Shown here in pieces: positions 29,040 through 39,299 of a stretch of DNA of 64,000 nucleotides. The stretch is from Deltaproteobacteria bacterium (lineage in GTDB: Bacteria > Desulfobacterota > Deferrimicrobia > Deferrimicrobiales > Deferrimicrobiaceae). The position numbers and the translations under genes were made by a program. The notes beneath the pieces are model-generated. The model ran no database searches. It saw only the letters and a program-made list of their open reading frames with translations, and was not told the DNA's origin. The DNA is taken from assembly GCA_021815305.1 (NCBI GenBank), contig JAKAHC010000004.1:129343-193342 (forward strand), written 5' to 3'. Numbering within the stretch: position 1 is the stretch's first letter; every line of letters begins with the position of its first letter.

Positions 29040-29936
29040 ATGAGTGTAGTAACACTTTCAAGTCCGGCCCATACCAACCCGTATTCCCATATATCGACGA
29101 GATTCGATTCTCAACATGGGGCATTGTGGTGTTTTCTCGACCCAAAACCTCGCGCGTGCTTCACGTTCGAGGTGTTGGATGAACTGCGCAGGTTTCAGCA
29201 AGTATTGGAACGCCTGGTAGACGCAGATGAAGGGGAGCGAGCCAGGGTAAGGTATGTGATCTTGGCATCAAAAACTCCCGGGATATTCAACTTCGGCGGA
29301 GACCTTTCCCTGTTCATTCAATGCATTACGAATCGAGATGCTATTACGCTCCGCAGGTATGCGAAGGCATGCATCGATGTTCTGTACCCTCATGCGATCG
29401 GTTTCCACCTTCCGCTCACAACGATCTCTCTGGTCCAGGGAGATGCGCTCGGAGGGGGTTTCGAAGCAGCCTTGGCTAGTGACATCATCATCGCGGAACA
29501 CAACGCCCAGATGGGGTTCCCTGAGGTCCTGTTCAATCTGTTCCCCGGGATGGGGGCTTATAATCTCCTCCAACGTCGGGTCGGGATGCTTCGAACGGAA
29601 AAGATGCTCCTCAACGGAAAACTCTACTCTGCGAAACAGTTGCACGAAGAGGGGGTGGTGGACATCCTGGCCGAAAACGGACGCGGGGAGAACGCGGTTT
29701 ATGAATATATCCTGCGGCAGTCCGCGCGACGAAACGCGCACGAGGCGATACTGAGGGTGCGCAGGAAGTTGCAGGCGGTCAGCTACGAACAACTTCTGGA
29801 AGTGGTCGAGGTCTGGATAAATACCGCATTGCAGATCACCCCCAGGGAGATCCGGATGATGGATCGTTTGATGAAGGCCCAAGGGCGAAATTCACAACAA
29901 GTCATCCGGTCTCCGTTTGCATCCCGACATCGATAA
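29040..29936 (+). CDS. rpfF: DSF-family signal synthase RpfF (crotonase-fold enoyl-CoA hydratase/thioesterase)
   Basis: Strong block-wise similarity to Xanthomonas RpfF: FNFGGDLSLF, ISLVQGDALGGGFEAAL (catalytic Glu), GFPEVLFNLFPGMGAY (second catalytic Glu), KMLLNGKLYSAKQL, VEVWINTALQ...MDRLMKAQ; alternative start 29022. Confidence 0.85.
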   Translation: MSVVTLSSPAHTNPYSHISTRFDSQHGALWCFLDPKPRACFTFEVLDELRRFQQVLERLVDADEGERARVRYVILASKTPGIFNFGGDLSLFIQCITNRDAITLRRYAKACIDVLYPHAIGFHLPLTTISLVQGDALGGGFEAALASDIIIAEHNAQMGFPEVLFNLFPGMGAYNLLQRRVGMLRTEKMLLNGKLYSAKQLHEEGVVDILAENGRGENAVYEYILRQSARRNAHEAILRVRRKLQAVSYEQLLEVVEVWINTALQITPREIRMMDRLMKAQGRNSQQVIRSPFASRHR

Positions 29937-29951
29937 GGTATTTGAACGGAG

Positions 29952-32522
29952 TTACGAAACCGCGGCGTTGCGGCCCTCGAGAAACCGGTCAAGCGCCACC
30001 CGGATCCGAGAGACTTCCTCCTTCATTTCCTCGAGATAGGTTTTCCCGTTCCGTTCGAGTTCCGGCCCCGAGATGCCTGAGAAATGGCCGCACACCCGCA
30101 CCAAAGCCAGCGCACCGATCTGCCCGGAGTTTCCCTTCAGCGCATGAGCCACCTCTCGGGCACCTTCCACGTCATTTCTGTCAATCGCACGCTCCATGTC
30201 ACGGACTTTCTCCTTTGCCCCCTTCAGGAAAGTCCACGCTAGACGCGCGACAAAATCGGTGTTTCCCTCAAGGTCTATCAACTCCTGAAGTGCTTTCGGA
30301 TCAAGACACAGAATATCTTCCCCTTTTTTCAATCCCTCCGCGACCACAGCGTTCCCATGTTCATTCTCTTCGGCAGTCTTCCGTGAATGTCCAGCTTTAG
30401 GCACTAATTCATTAAACAGTTCAAGGAGTTTCCGTGATTCGATAGGCTTTGTGAGGCACGCCTCCATCCCCGCTTCTTCGCACTCCGCCCTCGCCTCCTG
30501 GGTGGCGTCCGCCGTGAGCGCCACAATCGGCATCCGGGACGAGTTCCCGTTCATGAAGCGATAAAGTTTCGCGGCCTCGATTCCTCCCATCACCGGCATG
30601 TGAAGGTCCATCAGGGTGATGTCGAACGACCGGGATTTCAGCGCTTCGAGGGCCTGTTCTCCGTCATTCACAAGGATGGCCTCATGCCCCGCCCGTTCCA
30701 GGATCTTCGAAATGACCATCTGGTTGGTCGGATTGTCTTCCGCTACGAGAACGCGGAGACGTCTCTCCTCGCCCTCCCTTTGTCTATGCCGGTCTGCGAG
30801 GTGAGGAACTCCGGGGGTGCGGCTCGCAAGTTCCGGTCGGGAGAAGTGCAGGGCATTGAACAGCAATGTCTTACTTATTGGAGGCGCAAGCGTCGCGCTG
30901 TATATTCTCTTCATGATTTCGTTCGCCTCGACCGTTCCATCGGTCACCAGGACCAACTGGTGGTGGTGAATCGTCGGATCCGATTTGATCGCCCGCGCAA
31001 ACCCAAGCGCGTCCATATCGAGGCCGCGTTCCGCCACTATGATGAAATCAAAGGGAATTCCTGAATTGGCGGCGGAAACGATCTGCGCGAACGCCTGCGC
31101 AGAACGGGCCACCATCGCCGTACGGACACCCCACGCGGAAAGATGACCCATCACCTCTTCGCCGATGGACGCATCCGCGGACACGATCAGCGCCCGGCGC
31201 TCGGAGAGAGCGTTCGCGGCGGCACCCTCTCCCTGGCCGCTTCCCTGCTTCTTCATCACGACAGTAAACCAGAAGGTGCTCCCCTGCCCCGGATTGCTCC
31301 GCACTCCGATCTCGCCCCCCATCATCTCCACGATCTCCTTGGAGATCGTCGTCCCAAGCCCCGTGCCCCCGTACCGGCGCGTGATCGAATCGTCGGCCTG
31401 GGCGAACCGGTCGAAAATGCGCTTCTGGGCTTCCGCCGGGATTCCGATCCCGGTGTCCGCGACCTCGAACCGGATCGTCGCCTCGGTCGTTGCGTCCTTT
31501 TCCAAAGAGACCCGGACCCCCACCTCCCCCCGCTCCGTGAACTTCACTGCGTTCCCGAGAAGGTTCAGGATGACCTGGCGCAGGAGGAGCTGATCCCCTC
31601 GTAGCAGATACGGCACATTCGGCGGAACGTCGAGGAACACTTCCAGCCCTTTGGCCCTTGCCAGGGGCTCCATGATGGCAATCGTGTTCCTCACGAGACC
31701 GTGCAGGTCGAAATCGCTTGCCTGAACGGTCACCTTCCCCGCCTCGATCTTGGAGAGGTCCAACAGATCCTGCATCAGGAAGAGAAGGGTCCGAGCGGAA
31801 GCATCCACCGTGCTGATCATTTCACCTTGTTCCGTGTTCAAGGGCGTCTCTTTCAGCAGGTCGATCAACCCGATAATGCCGTTCAAAGGAGTCCGCATCT
31901 CGTGGCTCATGTTCGCAAGGAAGCGGTTTTTCGCCTTGTTGGCCTCCTCGGCCCGTTTGCCAGCGGCCGTCAATTTCTTCAGCAGCGCCGAAACGTACAG
32001 GGGGAGTATGACCAGTCCAACCTGTAGACCGACAGCAAGAACAAGCCTTTCCCTCCAATACGCGTTGCAGTAGATCGCAATTCCGAACGCGACTGTACCG
32101 ACAGCGGAAGAGAACAGCAGGTAATTCCTTCCGTACCGAAATCCGTTGCCGAAAATCACCCACAACAAAATAACGTAGAGGGGGCCAGCCGCATCACCAA
32201 CAACACTTATTCCGTAGCCCGTGAGGAACAAGTCGCCTAAGGCCCCGATGACGCGTCGCCAGACGGACTTTGCGGGATCAAACGTGATCAGGATGAAAAG
32301 ACAGAGCGAAATGAGGTGGTAAATCGCACTTACCCAGATAAGCTGGTACTCTTCCGGGGTTACATGGCCGTCCTTCCGCAACAGACAGTAAAGGTAAATG
32401 AAAACCAAGGCTGTAATGACAGACCGCACGAGCGCCTGCTCATGCTCGGTATCCGGCCGGCGGGCGAGGATCCCCCACGCCTGCCGGAACTCCCCGTGTG
32501 CCAACAACCGCCAGAACTTCAC
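29952..32522 (-). CDS. rpfC: RpfC-like hybrid sensor histidine kinase (multi-TM sensor, HisKA, HATPase, degenerate REC, REC, HPt)
   Basis: About 5-6 N-terminal TM helices; SHEMRTPLNGIIG H-box; HATPase; receiver LRVLVAEDNPTNQMV...DLHMPVMGG; C-terminal HPt with HALKGNSGQIGA; convergent with rpfF. Confidence 0.82.
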   Translation of the reverse strand: MKFWRLLAHGEFRQAWGILARRPDTEHEQALVRSVITALVFIYLYCLLRKDGHVTPEEYQLIWVSAIYHLISLCLFILITFDPAKSVWRRVIGALGDLFLTGYGISVVGDAAGPLYVILLWVIFGNGFRYGRNYLLFSSAVGTVAFGIAIYCNAYWRERLVLAVGLQVGLVILPLYVSALLKKLTAAGKRAEEANKAKNRFLANMSHEMRTPLNGIIGLIDLLKETPLNTEQGEMISTVDASARTLLFLMQDLLDLSKIEAGKVTVQASDFDLHGLVRNTIAIMEPLARAKGLEVFLDVPPNVPYLLRGDQLLLRQVILNLLGNAVKFTERGEVGVRVSLEKDATTEATIRFEVADTGIGIPAEAQKRIFDRFAQADDSITRRYGGTGLGTTISKEIVEMMGGEIGVRSNPGQGSTFWFTVVMKKQGSGQGEGAAANALSERRALIVSADASIGEEVMGHLSAWGVRTAMVARSAQAFAQIVSAANSGIPFDFIIVAERGLDMDALGFARAIKSDPTIHHHQLVLVTDGTVEANEIMKRIYSATLAPPISKTLLFNALHFSRPELASRTPGVPHLADRHRQREGEERRLRVLVAEDNPTNQMVISKILERAGHEAILVNDGEQALEALKSRSFDITLMDLHMPVMGGIEAAKLYRFMNGNSSRMPIVALTADATQEARAECEEAGMEACLTKPIESRKLLELFNELVPKAGHSRKTAEENEHGNAVVAEGLKKGEDILCLDPKALQELIDLEGNTDFVARLAWTFLKGAKEKVRDMERAIDRNDVEGAREVAHALKGNSGQIGALALVRVCGHFSGISGPELERNGKTYLEEMKEEVSRIRVALDRFLEGRNAAVS

Positions 32523-32738
32523 CGCTCCCCCCCAGGGTCCCGGTCTCCCGGGGTCCCGCCAGAAGCTCTCATCGGCAGAGAAAAGGGGGAAGTTTACTGA
32601 AAAATCAGGAAGAATCCGTCGGGTGAGCCGTCCAAACCCGGGGAGGAAAAGGAATCCCGCGGACCCGGCGCGGCATCGCCCCGCGGGGTCATCGGATATC
32701 GGCCGCGAAAACGGTTCCGGTGCCCGTGCTTCCGGCCG

Positions 32739-33011
32739 TCAGCCGTCACGGACCCAGACGACCCGCAGCAGTTTGGTATCTTCCGACCGCTTGTAGGCGA
32801 GGGTCCCGGCGCACGCCTTCCGGACCTCCCGCCCGATCCGCTGGGCAAGCTTTCCGTCGGTGGTCAGGAGTTCCAGGGAGGATCCGTCCTCCCGGATTTC
32901 CATGATGCGTTCCAGCGGGTTGATTCCGCAGGCCCTCTGTTCCTCGTTCCGCGCAAGCCGAAGGATTTCGTCCCGATGATCGCGCAGGTAACCGCCGCGC
33001 AGGGTCACCAC
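32739..33011 (-). CDS. hypothetical small protein
   Basis: 90-aa ORF at the distal edge of the low-GC island; no family recognised. Confidence 0.35.
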   Translation of the reverse strand: MVTLRGGYLRDHRDEILRLARNEEQRACGINPLERIMEIREDGSSLELLTTDGKLAQRIGREVRKACAGTLAYKRSEDTKLLRVVWVRDG

Positions 33012-33056
33012 CCCCGCGGGGAATCCGTCCGCCGCTCCAGGAGGGAGGGCGGGGGG

Positions 33057-35435
33057 CTATTCGACCCGGATCCCCTCGGGGGTCTTGCGGACCATGACCG
33101 GAGCGTTTTCCGCCGCCTTCCGCCCCAGCAGACCTTCCGCGCTCATGGCGCCGATGGGACCGCGGATCCACCGATCGACGGCTCGCCCGAGTTCGCGGAC
33201 GCCGTACTCCGGGTGGTACCCTTCCTCGGCCAACCACGCCGCCGCATCCTCCGCCACGTCGAGACGGACGCCATGGTCGGCGAGAAGCCCCTCCGCCAGC
33301 TCCGCGAGCTGGACCTCGAGCACCTTCCGCACGTCCCCCGGGGCGAGCGCCCGGAACACGATCTGCTCGTCCACCCGGTTCAGGAACTCCGGCCGGAACC
33401 GCCTGCGGACCTCGGCGAGGGCGCCGGTGGCCGCAACGGAAGGTTCCCCCGCGAGGAACCCCATTTCCTTCTGGACGCGGATGTTCCCCGTCATGATGAA
33501 GATGGAGTGGCGGGCATCCGCCGTGTGTCCCTGCGCATCGGTGATCTTCCCTTCGTCGAACAGCTGGAGGAACAGGTCGAACACCCGGTGAGCGGCCTTC
33601 TCCACCTCGTCGAGGAGGACCACCGAGTACGGCGTGGTGCGCAGCCTCGCAACGAGCTGCCCGCCTTCCTCGTAGCCCACGTACCCCGGCGCCGCGCCGA
33701 TGAGCCGGGAAACGCTGGTTTCCTCCTGGTACTCCGACATGTCGAGGCGGATGAAGGCGCGTTCGTTGGGAAACAGGTACTCGGCGATCCTGCGGGCCAC
33801 CTCGGTCTTCCCGACCCCGGAAGGGCCGAGGAAGAGGAACACGCCCATCGGGCGGCGGCGGTTCCCGAACCCGGCATGGGACAGGACGATGCGCTTGCAG
33901 ACGCGCGAGATCGCCTCTTCCTGGCCGACGATGTGTCGGTTCAGGTATTCCGCAAGCCCGCGGATGCGCGACTCCGAGATCCCGCCCAGCCCCCCCCGGG
34001 CAACCTCGATGGGGATTCCCATCTTCTCGGCGACGACGCGGGCCACGTAGTCCGGCGTGACCACCGCCACGCCGACGGGATCGTACCGATCGGAGTGCGC
34101 CGCCATGGAAAGGAGGGGAACCCGGCACTCCGCGCAGGCGCGGTCCAGCAGGTCGATCGCCTTGTCCGGGAGAAATCGCGTCGGGTCGAATCGTACGGCG
34201 AGGTCCACGGTCGCCGAGAGCGCCTCGTCGACGATCGTCACCCCGAAGTGGCGTTCGCGGTGGGCGCGCAATCCCTCGAGGATCGCCAGCGTCTCTTCCC
34301 TTCCCGGCTCCACGACCTGGATCGCCTGGAAGCGGCGCTCCAGCGCCGGATCCTTCTCGATGCTGCGCCGGTATTCCGTGTTCGTCGTCGCTCCGATGCA
34401 ACGGAGTTCCCCGCGGGCCAGCGCAGGCTTCATGATGTTCCCCGCGTCCATCGGAGCTCCCTCGGCCCGCCCCGCCCCCGCGACGGTGTGGAACTCGTCG
34501 ATGAAAAGGAGCACCTCCGGGTGGGACCGGACCTCGTCGATCAGGCGCGTGAGGCGCTCCTCGAACTCTCCGCGGTACTTCGTCCCCGCCACCAGCTCCG
34601 CCATCGACAGCTCGACCAGGCGTCGGCCCGCGAGGACCTTGCGGTCCCGCCCCATCGCGATCCGTTCCGCGAGCGCCTCGACGACGGCGGTCTTGCCGAC
34701 CCCGGCCTCGCCCACGAGGACGGGGTTGTTCTTGGTGGGCATCATGAGGACCTTGATGAGCTGGCGCAGCGTATTGCGGGTCCGGTCCGAGTCCACGAAC
34801 GGCAGGAGGCGGCCTTCCCTCGCGGCGCGCGTGATGTCGCGTCCATACCGGTCCAGGAGCGGGGTTTCGGAAGGGGTCATCTCCTCCGCGGGTTGATAAG
34901 GGCCCGCATCGTCCCTTACGTGGCTCGGCTCGCGGTACGGCTCCCTGCCCCCGAGCAGGTCCTTTCGCAACAGGTCCGGCGGGATCCCCGCGCCCGCCAG
35001 CACGGCGGATACGACCGGGCCCGGATCATCGAGGATCGCGGCGAAAAGGTGGCGGGTGGAAACCTCCTCCGCCTCCGCCGGTTCCGCGAGCTCCCCGGCC
35101 CTGCGGAAGATCTGCTTGCACTCTTCGCTCCGGTGGACCACCGGCTCTTCGTGAACCGCGGTTCCCGGCCGCAGCCGGGAACGGACACCGCGGCGGAAGG
35201 TCTCGCTCGTAATTCCCAGCCGGCCGAGGATCCGTTCGATCTCCCCCCCTTCCTCCCGGATGGACTCCACCGGCAGCGACTCGACGTGAGTGAAGTTCAG
35301 GTATTGAAGCACCTTCCGGAGGCTCAGGACTCCGACGACGATGTGCTCCCGCTCGATCAGAGGGTGCCGCGCACGGGCCGCTTCGGCGGCGCCGATCTCC
35401 CAGGCCATGCGGGCGGCTGCTGTCATTTTCGGCAT
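33057..35435 (-). CDS. Clp-family AAA+ ATPase (ClpA/ClpC-like; two AAA modules, Clp-N domain, no long middle domain)
   Basis: Clp_N repeats at the N-terminus; Walker A GEAGVGKTAVVEALA and GPSGVGKTEVARRIA; 792 aa. Confidence 0.88.
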   Translation of the reverse strand: MPKMTAAARMAWEIGAAEAARARHPLIEREHIVVGVLSLRKVLQYLNFTHVESLPVESIREEGGEIERILGRLGITSETFRRGVRSRLRPGTAVHEEPVVHRSEECKQIFRRAGELAEPAEAEEVSTRHLFAAILDDPGPVVSAVLAGAGIPPDLLRKDLLGGREPYREPSHVRDDAGPYQPAEEMTPSETPLLDRYGRDITRAAREGRLLPFVDSDRTRNTLRQLIKVLMMPTKNNPVLVGEAGVGKTAVVEALAERIAMGRDRKVLAGRRLVELSMAELVAGTKYRGEFEERLTRLIDEVRSHPEVLLFIDEFHTVAGAGRAEGAPMDAGNIMKPALARGELRCIGATTNTEYRRSIEKDPALERRFQAIQVVEPGREETLAILEGLRAHRERHFGVTIVDEALSATVDLAVRFDPTRFLPDKAIDLLDRACAECRVPLLSMAAHSDRYDPVGVAVVTPDYVARVVAEKMGIPIEVARGGLGGISESRIRGLAEYLNRHIVGQEEAISRVCKRIVLSHAGFGNRRRPMGVFLFLGPSGVGKTEVARRIAEYLFPNERAFIRLDMSEYQEETSVSRLIGAAPGYVGYEEGGQLVARLRTTPYSVVLLDEVEKAAHRVFDLFLQLFDEGKITDAQGHTADARHSIFIMTGNIRVQKEMGFLAGEPSVAATGALAEVRRRFRPEFLNRVDEQIVFRALAPGDVRKVLEVQLAELAEGLLADHGVRLDVAEDAAAWLAEEGYHPEYGVRELGRAVDRWIRGPIGAMSAEGLLGRKAAENAPVMVRKTPEGIRVE

Positions 35436-35504
35436 CGACGATAAACCTCCCTGCCTCCCTTTAGACGGTACGCATTCCTGTACGGTTCCGCTTCACGCCT
35501 CCAC

Positions 35505-35530
35505 GACAAAAGGATCCCGCTCCGACGGGA
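35505..35530 (-). terminator. putative rho-independent terminator downstream of pfkB
   Basis: On the minus strand GTCCCG-tcggag-CGGGAT stem-loop followed by CCTTTTGT. Confidence 0.4.
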
Positions 35531-35564
35531 CGGCGCGTCCCCCCGGTTTCCCCGTTCCGCGATT

Positions 35565-36476
35565 TCACACGGTGAACCGGGTGAGGGCCAGGAACGCCTC
35601 CAGCCTCGTCGCGATGTCGTCCCGGGTAAGCCCCTCGAGCCGCTCCGTGCTGAACGCCTCCACCGTGAAGGAGGCGATGGCGCTGCCGTACATCGTCGCC
35701 AGCCGGTAGTCCATCTCCGTCGGAGCGGCCCCGTCCCGGGAAGCGAGATACCCCATGAAGCCGCCGGCAAAGCTGTCCCCGGCCCCGGTAGGGTCGAAGA
35801 TCGTCTCGAGAGGGTACGCCGGCGCGGCGAAGATCTCCCCGTCGGACAGGTGCAGCACCCCGTACTCCCCCCGTTTGACGACGACCCTGTCCGGCCCCAT
35901 GGTCATCACCTTGCGGGCCGCCCTGACAAGGTTGAACTCCCCCGTGAGCTCCCGGATCTCCGCCTCGTTGATGACCACGATGTCCACGTTCCGGATCACC
36001 TCGCGAAGCGGCCCTGGGCTCTTCTCGATCCAGAAGTTCATCGTGTCGAGGGCGACGAGCTTCGGGCTGCGGATCTGCGCGAGGATGTCCAGCTGGAGCC
36101 GGGGGTCGATGTTGCCGAGGAACACGTACGGCGTTTCCCTGTAGGCGTCCGGCAGGACCGGGGCGAAGTCCTGGAACACGTTCAGTTCCGTCTTCACCGT
36201 GTGGGCGATGTTCAGGTCGTACTCGTAATACCCTTTCCAGTGAAAGGTGTCGCCCTCCGCGATCTTCAACCCCCGGAGATCGATCCCGCGGGTGCGGAGC
36301 ATGTCGATGGTCTCCTTCGGAAAATCCCTCCCCACGACGGAAACCAGGCGCACGGGAGCCAGGTAGCTTGCCGCGAGGGAGAAGTAGGTCGCCGATCCTC
36401 CGACCACCCGCTCCACCTCTCCGAACGGAGACTTGATGCTGTCGAACGCCATCGAACCCACGACCAGAAGACTCAT
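35565..36476 (-). CDS. PfkB-family carbohydrate/nucleoside kinase
   Basis: Ribokinase-like motifs incl. C-terminal DPTGAGDSFAGGF anion-hole/catalytic motif. Confidence 0.85.
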   Translation of the reverse strand: MSLLVVGSMAFDSIKSPFGEVERVVGGSATYFSLAASYLAPVRLVSVVGRDFPKETIDMLRTRGIDLRGLKIAEGDTFHWKGYYEYDLNIAHTVKTELNVFQDFAPVLPDAYRETPYVFLGNIDPRLQLDILAQIRSPKLVALDTMNFWIEKSPGPLREVIRNVDIVVINEAEIRELTGEFNLVRAARKVMTMGPDRVVVKRGEYGVLHLSDGEIFAAPAYPLETIFDPTGAGDSFAGGFMGYLASRDGAAPTEMDYRLATMYGSAIASFTVEAFSTERLEGLTRDDIATRLEAFLALTRFTV

Positions 36477-36609
36477 GCCCGCCCCCCGGGTTGCTCCGGA
36501 TGAAATCGCCCTTTAAATCATAGCGCACCCGGGGAAACGGCGCAGCGGGAACCCGCGGAGAACCGGTTCCTTCCCCCCAAGCTCCCGCAGGCGCGTATCC
36601 CGCCCGCGG

Positions 36610-37480
36610 CTACCGGAGGAGAAGGTCCAGGAGGAGGGAAAGCATCAGGAGGACCAGGTAGACGATGGAGGCGGCGAATGCGCGTCCGTAGCGCCGCGTC
36701 GCAACCGTGTCGCGGTAGAAGACCGTAAGGAAACCCGCCCCCAGCGCGAGAGCAACCCATGCATAGGAGGAGGAAAGGTATCCCAGCGCCCAGAGGGAAA
36801 GGGACAGGGGGGGAAGCGCCGCGGCGTACAGGAAGATGAGGATCTTGGTATACGGCTCGCCGTACGCGACGGGGAGCACCGGGACGCCCGCTGCCCGGTA
36901 CTCCTCCCGGTGGCGCAGCGCAAGCGCCCAGAAGTGCGGCGGCTGCCACAGCAGGAGGAACAGGAAGAGGATCAGCCCGTCCACCCCGAGGTCCGGCCGC
37001 ACGGAGGCGTACCCGATCAGGACCGGCAGTGCCCCGGGGACGGCGCCCGGGATCGTCCCGTACGGAGAGCGGCGTTTCCAGAGAAGCGTGTACAGGACGG
37101 CGTACCCTCCGGCGGCGGCGGCCAGGAGCAGACACGTCGTCACGTTGAGGAAGAGGCCGGCGAGGGCGAGGGAGACTGCGACCGCCAGCAGCGCGGTGGC
37201 GAGGACCTTCCCGCGGCCGAAAGCGCGAAGCGCGGCGACCCGGCGCGAAAGACGCGGCATCTTCCCGTCCATCTCCTCGTCCAGGACCGCGTTGACGGCA
37301 GACGATCCCCCTGCGGCGGCGAGAATGCAGAAGATGGCGAGGAGCGCCCTGCCGGGGGGCGGAAACCCCCGGCGGGCGAGGACCATCCCGGAGAGGCCCG
37401 CGAGGGTCACCGCGGCGACGATCCCGGGTTTGACCAGGAGGATGGCGGAGGGTCGCCCTCGGGAAGCTCCCTCCGCCCCG
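36610..37480 (-). CDS. ctaB: protoheme IX farnesyltransferase (heme O synthase)
   Basis: Polytopic UbiA-family sequence (LVKPGIVAAVTLAGLSGMVLA...); no in-frame ATG near the expected N-terminus, so start codon unresolved; overlaps the 3' end of ctaA. Confidence 0.78.
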
Positions 37481-37493
37481 CCCGACGGCGGCG

Positions 37494-38369
37494 TCAGAGG
37501 GGGGGGAGGGATAGCGTCGCGCCTTCCGCCCGGACGGCGTTCGCCCACAGGTGGGCCAGGACCGAGAGCATCCCCAGCGCCACCGCGAGGTGAACGGCCG
37601 TGGCCAGGAAGTAGAGTCCCGAGAGCACGACGACCGCTCCCACCGCGACCTGGAACACCACGAGGGCCAGGAGGGACAGGGCCAGCGAACGGTTGCGCCT
37701 CTGCCGCGCGTCCCGTCGGATGAAGAGATACAGGGTGAGCACGGTGAAGAAGATCAGTCCGCCGACCACCCGATGGGAATAGCTCGCAAGCACGCTCCCG
37801 TCGAGGAACGGCGGGAACCATCGCCCCAGGCAGGTGGGGAAATCTGGACACGCAAGCCCTGCGTCGAGGTGGCGGACATACGCGCCCAGGGCGGACTGGG
37901 TGTAGATCAGCGCGGCGAGGCAGAAGAAGACCGCCGCCGGACCGCGAAGGGAAAAGACGGGGCGCTCGCGCTCCCCGTCGAAGATCATCATGTAGAAGGC
38001 GAGCAGGAACACCATCACTCCCGTCATGAAGTGGACCGTGGTCAACCGGACGGGGGTTTCGAGGAGCACGACGGCCCCTCCCATCCCCACCTCCGCCAGG
38101 AGCAGGAACAGGGCGAGGACCGGAACGGCGCGTGCGGCCCCGTCGTACCTCTTGTAGCGCCGGAACGCGAGAGCGACCAGGGCGACCGACGTCACGCCGG
38201 CGATGACGCGGTGGAGGAACTCCATGTAGATGTCCCAGCGAAACGGGGGGAGAATCTGCCCGTGGCACAGCGGCCAGTCCGGGCACGCGAGCCCCGCCTT
38301 GAGCCCCGCCACGAGGTTCCCCCAGACGAGCAGAAGGAACAGAAGCCCCACGGTCGCCCTTCCCAGCAT
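37494..38369 (-). CDS. ctaA: heme A synthase (COX15/CtaA)
   Basis: Eight-TM protein with CPDWPLCHG and CPDFPTC Cys/His motifs characteristic of CtaA. Confidence 0.8.
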   Translation of the reverse strand: MLGRATVGLLFLLLVWGNLVAGLKAGLACPDWPLCHGQILPPFRWDIYMEFLHRVIAGVTSVALVALAFRRYKRYDGAARAVPVLALFLLLAEVGMGGAVVLLETPVRLTTVHFMTGVMVFLLAFYMMIFDGERERPVFSLRGPAAVFFCLAALIYTQSALGAYVRHLDAGLACPDFPTCLGRWFPPFLDGSVLASYSHRVVGGLIFFTVLTLYLFIRRDARQRRNRSLALSLLALVVFQVAVGAVVVLSGLYFLATAVHLAVALGMLSVLAHLWANAVRAEGATLSLPPL

Positions 38370-38422
38370 CGGTGTCCCTCCCCGGAATGCGGATATGGGA
38401 GATGATCCCACGCCGCGGGGGA

Positions 38423-38701
38423 TCATCGCAACATCGTGTCGAGGAGCGTCCCTCCGATGATGAGGGCGAGAAAGGCAAGCGGCACCAGGGCGAATCCCCA
38501 CACCAGCCGGTCCTCGCTCTTGAGGTGCATGAAGAAGAGGGCCACCAGCGACGCCTTCACGGAGGCGATCGCCAACGCCACGACCACGTTCATCAGGCCG
38601 AGGTTGACGTAGGAGACCAGGACCGTGACGACCGTCAGCGCGACCAGCGCGGCGTAGACGATGAAGTAGGTCCGGCGGGAGCCGGTCGATTCCTGGCTCA
38701 T
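38423..38701 (-). CDS. cytochrome c oxidase subunit IV (prokaryotic small subunit)
   Basis: 92 aa, two TM helices, positioned immediately after coxC. Confidence 0.65.
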   Translation of the reverse strand: MSQESTGSRRTYFIVYAALVALTVVTVLVSYVNLGLMNVVVALAIASVKASLVALFFMHLKSEDRLVWGFALVPLAFLALIIGGTLLDTMLR

Positions 38702-38708
38702 GTCCCCC

Positions 38709-39295
<587 letters not shown>

Positions 39296-39299
<4 letters not shown>

